Shown one piece after another: positions 59,723 through 64,000 of a stretch of DNA of 64,000 nt. The position numbers and the translations under genes were made by a program. The notes below the pieces were generated by a model, which was given only the letters and a program-made list of their open reading frames with translations, made no database searches and was not told the origin of the DNA. The DNA is from a virus (taxonomy: Duplodnaviria > Caudoviricetes), in IMG/VR virus record IMGVR_UViG_3300020047_013271, positions 4,476 to 68,475 of that record; one strand, given 5' to 3'. How positions within the stretch are numbered: position 1 is the first letter of the stretch; each line of letters starts with the position of its first letter.

Positions 59723-60556
59723 ATGAATATTTCTGAACACATAGGTAAATTCGAGCAGGAAATGAAAAGACAAGGATATAGTAAAAATACTATTGAAAAT
59801 TACTCATCTTGTCTTAATGTTTTCTTTTCAAAATCTACAAAAGACCATCCAAAAAATATAAATGAAAAGGATATAATGGATTTTTTATCTAATTGTGTTC
59901 AGATTAATACACAACGTAATTATCATTCTGCAATTAAAAAGTTTTACGCTATTTGTTTACATCAAAAGGATAAATTTAAACATATTACTTATGCAAAACA
60001 AAGTAGAAAATTACCAATAGTTTTAAGTGTAGAAGAAGTTCAGAAAATGTTCTCTGTTTGCGAAAACTTGAAGCACAAAGTAATTCTCAGTTTACTTTAC
60101 TCTTGCGGATTACGAGTTTCGGAGCTAATCAATCTAAAATGGTCGAATATTGATCGTAGCCGAATGATTATTAATATTATTGGAGGAAAAGGAAATAAAG
60201 ACCGTCAAGTTATGCTTGATGTTTCATTGATTCCATTATTAGAAAAATATTTTTTCGAATATAAAACAAAAACTTATGTTTTAGGAGGTCAGTTTTCAGA
60301 CCAATATTCAGCCACAAGTGTTAATCAAGTAATGAAACAGCTTGCTACAAAAGCAGGAATAAACAAACGAGTTTACACTCATTTAATGAGACATAACTGC
60401 TTCACGCATTTAGTTGAAGCCGGAATAGACATAAATTTGATACAAAAACTTGCGGGGCATTCAAATGTAAAAACAACTTTGCTTTATACTCATATTTCGC
60501 ACAACTTAATAAGTAAAATACAATCCCCTTTACAAAATATAATATTAACAAATTAA
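59723..60556 (+). CDS. tyrosine recombinase 2 (XerD/IntI-like, 277 aa, no IntI-specific insertion)
   Basis: GYSKNTI..Y SAM-like N-terminus; CGLRVSE, GKGNK, THLMRH and AGHSNVKTTLLY catalytic motifs. Confidence 0.9.
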   Translation: MNISEHIGKFEQEMKRQGYSKNTIENYSSCLNVFFSKSTKDHPKNINEKDIMDFLSNCVQINTQRNYHSAIKKFYAICLHQKDKFKHITYAKQSRKLPIVLSVEEVQKMFSVCENLKHKVILSLLYSCGLRVSELINLKWSNIDRSRMIINIIGGKGNKDRQVMLDVSLIPLLEKYFFEYKTKTYVLGGQFSDQYSATSVNQVMKQLATKAGINKRVYTHLMRHNCFTHLVEAGIDINLIQKLAGHSNVKTTLLYTHISHNLISKIQSPLQNIILTN

Positions 60557-60566
60557 ATAAACAAAA

Positions 60567-60971
60567 ATGGAAGTAGTAGGAAAGATTAAATTAATTGATA
60601 CGACTAAAGAAGTCGGCTCTGGAGGATTCAAAAAGCGTGATGTTGTTGTTACAACAGACGAACAATATCCACAGCATATTTTGGTTCAGTTTGTTCAAGA
60701 CAAATGTGACTTGTTGAATAATTTTCAAGTAGGAGAACCTGTAAAAATCGACATCAATTTAAGAGGTAGAGAATGGACAAATCCACAAGGAGAAACTGTT
60801 TATTTCAATACTATTCAAGGATGGAGGATAGCGAAACAAGATGCTTCTCAACAAAGTCCGGCTCCACAAGGAGGAAGCGCCGTCGAAAATTATAACACGA
60901 AGAATAATCCTAAAGAGTTTCAGCCATCCGGAGGAATTCCCGAAGACGAACCGGACGATTTGCCTTTTTAG
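60567..60971 (+). CDS. DUF3127 OB-fold single-stranded DNA-binding protein
   Basis: FKKRDVVVTT.EQYPQ.I..QF.QDKC, INLRGREW, FNTIQGWRI and acidic tail DDLPF. Confidence 0.85.
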   Translation: MEVVGKIKLIDTTKEVGSGGFKKRDVVVTTDEQYPQHILVQFVQDKCDLLNNFQVGEPVKIDINLRGREWTNPQGETVYFNTIQGWRIAKQDASQQSPAPQGGSAVENYNTKNNPKEFQPSGGIPEDEPDDLPF

Positions 60972-60979
60972 TTTAAAAC

Positions 60980-61008
60980 AAAAACCTCTCTTATCGAGAG
61001 GTTTTTTT
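60980..61008. terminator. bidirectional terminator
   Basis: AAAAACCTCTC-loop-GAGAGGTTTTT. Confidence 0.85.
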
Positions 61009-61010
61009 AT

Positions 61011-62177
61011 TTAAAATTCCGGAGAGTTCTCCATAATATCTTTCCTGTAAACCTCTTTTATTATCTTGGCATACTTTTCAGTCATTAAATAGCTTGAGTG
61101 TCCGTAAAGCTCTCGTAAACTATCCATACTCATTCCGGCAAGTATTTTTTTATCGGCGCCGTAATGTTTCATAGCGTATAGATTCATTTTTATTCCTAAT
61201 TCTTCTTTTACTATTTTTTTCCACCTCATTGACGCAGTTCTTCTGATGGTAGGAAACTTGCTTGGTAAAAAATCCGGAAGCAGTTTATTCTCTTTTGCCT
61301 TTCTTCCTTTTCCTTGACTTTTTAAACTACCAAATAAATAATAATCTTTTGGCATTTTATCAATATCCATATTCAATAAAAACTCTTTCAAATGTTTATT
61401 GATAGGAACAGTAATAGATTTACCATTTTTGGTTATTTTTCCTGGTAATCGAAATTCATTTTTATTCAGATCAACCATTCCGACTTTTACTTGCAACAAA
61501 GCAGTCATACGAATTCCGGTGTGAAATACTGTAATACTAAAAACATAAAATCTATAATCTTTTTCGATTAATGTCTTTTTAATTATTTCTATATCTTTTT
61601 CCGTCGCCGGTTTATTAAAATCTGATTCTTTATCTACTTTTTTATTATCAATTCTACTGGCCGGATTCGACTCTAAAACATCATATTTAATCAAAGCGTA
61701 CAAAAGTATTTTTAAATGTAGCAAATGTGTGTTGTATGCTTTATTAGTCCAACTTCTATTTCTTTTAGCCTCATCCATTAACATTCTAACGTGCATTCTT
61801 TTCAAGTCAATTATCTTCAGCTTATCTATTTTTAGATTTACAGATGCTGTTTCCAAAAACTTTATAGTTCCATTATAAGAGCAGTAAGTAGCTTTTCCAA
61901 TATCAGATTTTTTTTGAGCTAAAGCAAATTTTAACGCTTCTACAAAGTACATATCCGTACTCATATTAATATTATCTTTAATGTTCGGATTCCATCCTTT
62001 ACTTAACTGAACAAGTAATGATTTACATACTTTATCATATTCAAATTCTCTAAGACTTAAATCATCAATTTTATTTAGACCGTAAGTTTCTCTAAACTGA
62101 ACTCCTTCGTATCTGTAATGAACATACCAATACTTAGAACTTTTATTTAGTTTTGGAATTGTGAATTTATTTTTCAT
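61011..62177 (-). CDS. tyrosine integrase 3 (probable phage integrase)
   Basis: TGIRM (R), TKNGK, LYAMKH (Bacteroidota variant of HxxR) and GHSS..MTEKY; adjacent to the repressor and attP-like repeats. Confidence 0.88.
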   Translation of the reverse strand: MKNKFTIPKLNKSSKYWYVHYRYEGVQFRETYGLNKIDDLSLREFEYDKVCKSLLVQLSKGWNPNIKDNINMSTDMYFVEALKFALAQKKSDIGKATYCSYNGTIKFLETASVNLKIDKLKIIDLKRMHVRMLMDEAKRNRSWTNKAYNTHLLHLKILLYALIKYDVLESNPASRIDNKKVDKESDFNKPATEKDIEIIKKTLIEKDYRFYVFSITVFHTGIRMTALLQVKVGMVDLNKNEFRLPGKITKNGKSITVPINKHLKEFLLNMDIDKMPKDYYLFGSLKSQGKGRKAKENKLLPDFLPSKFPTIRRTASMRWKKIVKEELGIKMNLYAMKHYGADKKILAGMSMDSLRELYGHSSYLMTEKYAKIIKEVYRKDIMENSPEF

Positions 62178-62380
62178 TTGTGTAAAAACTGTGTAAAAAA
62201 TAATAAAAAACTCTGTTAAACCCTTATTTATATGACATCATTAAGTAAATCTTCGAATAACATATTTTTGATGTTTTTTTACAATAAAACTAATCCCTTT
62301 GATATCAAAAGTTGTATGTTATACATATTAGCTATTTTTAGTGTTTATTTTAATAATTTGTGTAAAAACTGTGTAAAAAA
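62177..62380. mobile_element. probable attP: two 24-bp direct repeats of tandem arm sites flanking an AT-rich core
   Basis: TTTGTGTAAAAACTGTGTAAAAAA at 62177-62200 and 62357-62380, exactly 180 bp apart. Confidence 0.65.
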
Positions 62381-62397
62381 AAGGATTAATATTCATT

Positions 62398-62778
62398 CTA
62401 AATTCCAGAATTTAACTCCAAAATTCTTATCTTTTCTTTCAGTAATGTATTTTCATTTATATACATTTCAGAAAGTTTTGTTTTCTCCACAATCAAATCT
62501 TTTAATGTTTTTATATGGTCTTTCAATGACTCTATTTCATCAATTAAATCTTTATTATTTACAACAGTAACAGCTTCTTTTTTTATGTTAGTTGCCGAAT
62601 TAGGATTTACCAATCCATTAGCAAGCATCAACTCTAAAAGACTCGCTTTAGTTTTCGGAATCACCTTTCCTTGCTCGTAGTTAATAATCGTTCTTTTATC
62701 AACTCCTATCAACTTCCCGAACTCTAATTGAGTCAATTTTAAATCTTTTCTAATTTTTATAATATCTAATCCGTTCAT
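62398..62778 (-). CDS. CI-like XRE repressor (start re-called at MNGLDII)
   Basis: IRKDLKLTQLEFGKLIGVDKRTIINYEQG HTH plus a C-terminal coiled coil. Confidence 0.85.
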   Translation of the reverse strand: MNGLDIIKIRKDLKLTQLEFGKLIGVDKRTIINYEQGKVIPKTKASLLELMLANGLVNPNSATNIKKEAVTVVNNKDLIDEIESLKDHIKTLKDLIVEKTKLSEMYINENTLLKEKIRILELNSGI

Positions 62779-62812
62779 AGTCAATATTTTAGAAATTAAT
62801 AATTTTTTTATT

Positions 62813-62878
62813 ATGAAATATTTCATTTTAAATTTGCATAATAGTTTTTAACTATATATTTTTGATGAAATATTTCAC
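62813..62878. promoter_or_regulatory. lysis-lysogeny switch: operators ATGAAATATTTCAT (62813-62826) and ATGAAATATTTCAC (62865-62878); rightward promoter TTTG-N20-TATTTTTG
   Basis: Palindromes flank a canonical Bacteroidota promoter between divergent HTH genes. Confidence 0.75.
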
Positions 62879-62916
62879 ATAGTGTGGAATTACTTAACCA
62901 AATTTACTTAATAAAA

Positions 62917-63123
62917 ATGAAATTCACACCACAATTTTCAAAAAAAATGAAAAAATCTTTTCTTAGGTCCGGTCTATCGTGGAATTTGAAAGTATCGTAT
63001 TACACAATTAATGAATGGCTTGACAATCCGGAAAAGAACGAATTTACAAAACCCATATATTTAGATTTATTAATGGAGATTTCAGGTATGTCAGAAAATG
63101 AAATATTTCTTAAAAATGAATAA
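62917..63123 (+). CDS. Cro-like HTH protein
   Basis: First rightward gene; LS..LKVSYYTINEWL helix-turn-helix. Confidence 0.6.
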   Translation: MKFTPQFSKKMKKSFLRSGLSWNLKVSYYTINEWLDNPEKNEFTKPIYLDLLMEISGMSENEIFLKNE

Positions 63124-63334
63124 TACTTCACCAATCGTAAAATTGAAAAAAGGAGAAAGTGTAAAAACTCCTGAAATAGAAAGTGAATATTTGACCCCCA
63201 ACAAACTTTATACTGTTAAAAAAGTTTTTGTAGATGGAGCGTTTTTGATAAAAGACGACGAAGGAAAAAATCTGTTTTGCAGAGTTTTAGAATGTGGTCA
63301 CTTAGACGGGCAAGATTGGATTCTTAATAATTAG
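63098..63334 (+). CDS. hypothetical protein
   Basis: ORF in the rightward operon. Confidence 0.55.
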   Translation: MKYFLKMNNTSPIVKLKKGESVKTPEIESEYLTPNKLYTVKKVFVDGAFLIKDDEGKNLFCRVLECGHLDGQDWILNN

Positions 63335-63336
63335 AA

Positions 63337-63519
63337 ATGGAATATCCAATTTATCTTAACGAACAACAGTTGGAAGTTCTAAAATCGATTTTTGAGCAAA
63401 TTCAGCCAAAACAGTTGATTGTTCCAAAAGCTAAAAAACCGAAGAAACTATCCGTAGTAGAGCAAACTCTTAAAAATATGCAAGAGTATAAGGCAAATAA
63501 AGCATTAAGAAAGCGATAA
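63337..63519 (+). CDS. hypothetical protein
   Basis: 60-aa ORF in operon. Confidence 0.5.
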   Translation: MEYPIYLNEQQLEVLKSIFEQIQPKQLIVPKAKKPKKLSVVEQTLKNMQEYKANKALRKR

Positions 63520-63540
63520 TAACCTTCAAAACTATCAATT

Positions 63541-63810
63541 ATGAAACTATCAAATCCAAAAACAAATAAGGCTGAAATATTGTTTGTATTAATAGAAAAT
63601 GGAAGCGTTTCTATTAAAGATTTTCCTCACTTGGCCGGCTTCCGAACCCGAATAAGTGAATTAGTAAATGATGATGCAATCCCATTAACTCATGTATGCT
63701 CAACCGGAGTAAATAAGTTTGGTAACTCTTATACCTATAAAGAACATCTTCTTTTAGATGACCATAGAGATTCAGCCATAATTAAGTACGATTCTATAAA
63801 TACAAAATAA
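63541..63810 (+). CDS. winged HTH protein
   Basis: EILFVLIENGSVS...GFRTRISEL pattern of phage HTH proteins. Confidence 0.6.
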   Translation: MKLSNPKTNKAEILFVLIENGSVSIKDFPHLAGFRTRISELVNDDAIPLTHVCSTGVNKFGNSYTYKEHLLLDDHRDSAIIKYDSINTK

Positions 63811-63830
63811 CAATTAAATCAAATAAAATC

Positions 63831-64000
63831 ATGCCACCAAAAAAAGAAGAAACAACTGCCGAAGTACAAGTATTCAATTTAGACAATCTGAATCCTGCAT
63901 TACTTCCTGAATTAGCGAGTTTTAAGGAAAAACAAATGAAAGTCGTAGAAGACAATCCGTTTGTAATTATCACCGATACAGCAAGCCGAGATTTAGCCAA
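63831..64000 (+). CDS. hypothetical protein, 3'-truncated by the window edge
   Basis: MPPKKEETTAEVQVF... open to the end of the window. Confidence 0.55.
   Translation, partial: MPPKKEETTAEVQVFNLDNLNPALLPELASFKEKQMKVVEDNPFVIITDTASRDLA

Noticed and set aside
59723-60556. Classical class 1-5 integron integrase intI
   Set aside because: It lacks the IntI-specific insertion between patches II and III and is co-oriented downstream of the cassettes, so it is reported as integron-like only.
1-64000. Stop-codon reassignment (genetic code 15 or 4)
   Set aside because: Large genes are intact under the standard code, TAG terminates clear genes (e.g. 17927, 22941), and only two isolated internal stops of different types were found.

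Overview
AT-rich window made up entirely of a temperate tailed bacteriophage. The host is inferred to be Bacteroidota, probably Flavobacteriaceae, from TAnnTTTG promoters and DUF3127/DUF2116-like genes. No host chromosomal flank is visible. Layout: (1) 1-3.1 kb, end of a + strand replication/recombination operon (DnaC/IstB-like ATPase, HNH/NinG-like, RusA-like). (2) 3.2-38.6 kb, a - strand podovirus-type virion module (2542-aa ejection/polyvalent protein with an ART-like domain, tail proteins, major capsid, scaffold, portal, terminase, GroES-like, amidase, holin, tail fibres, SGNH spike), interrupted by a + strand 7-tRNA cluster. (3) A groEL-groES pair, an Acb2/Tad1-like protein and nucleotide-metabolism genes. 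(4) A - strand RNA cluster with tRNA-Glu, two aberrant tRNA-like genes and a circularly permuted (two-piece) tmRNA gene. (5) A 1.4-kb non-coding divergence point followed by about 25 small early-type genes. (6) A lysogeny region with three tyrosine recombinases, an excisionase, a CI/Cro-like switch and an apparently intact attP. The two most notable signals are an integron-like array (three attC-like sites, two cassettes) next to a tyrosine recombinase that lacks the IntI-specific insertion, and the permuted tmRNA encoding tag AKVINLFNQPMRLAA. All protein assignments come from motifs and gene context read by eye; no database search was run.
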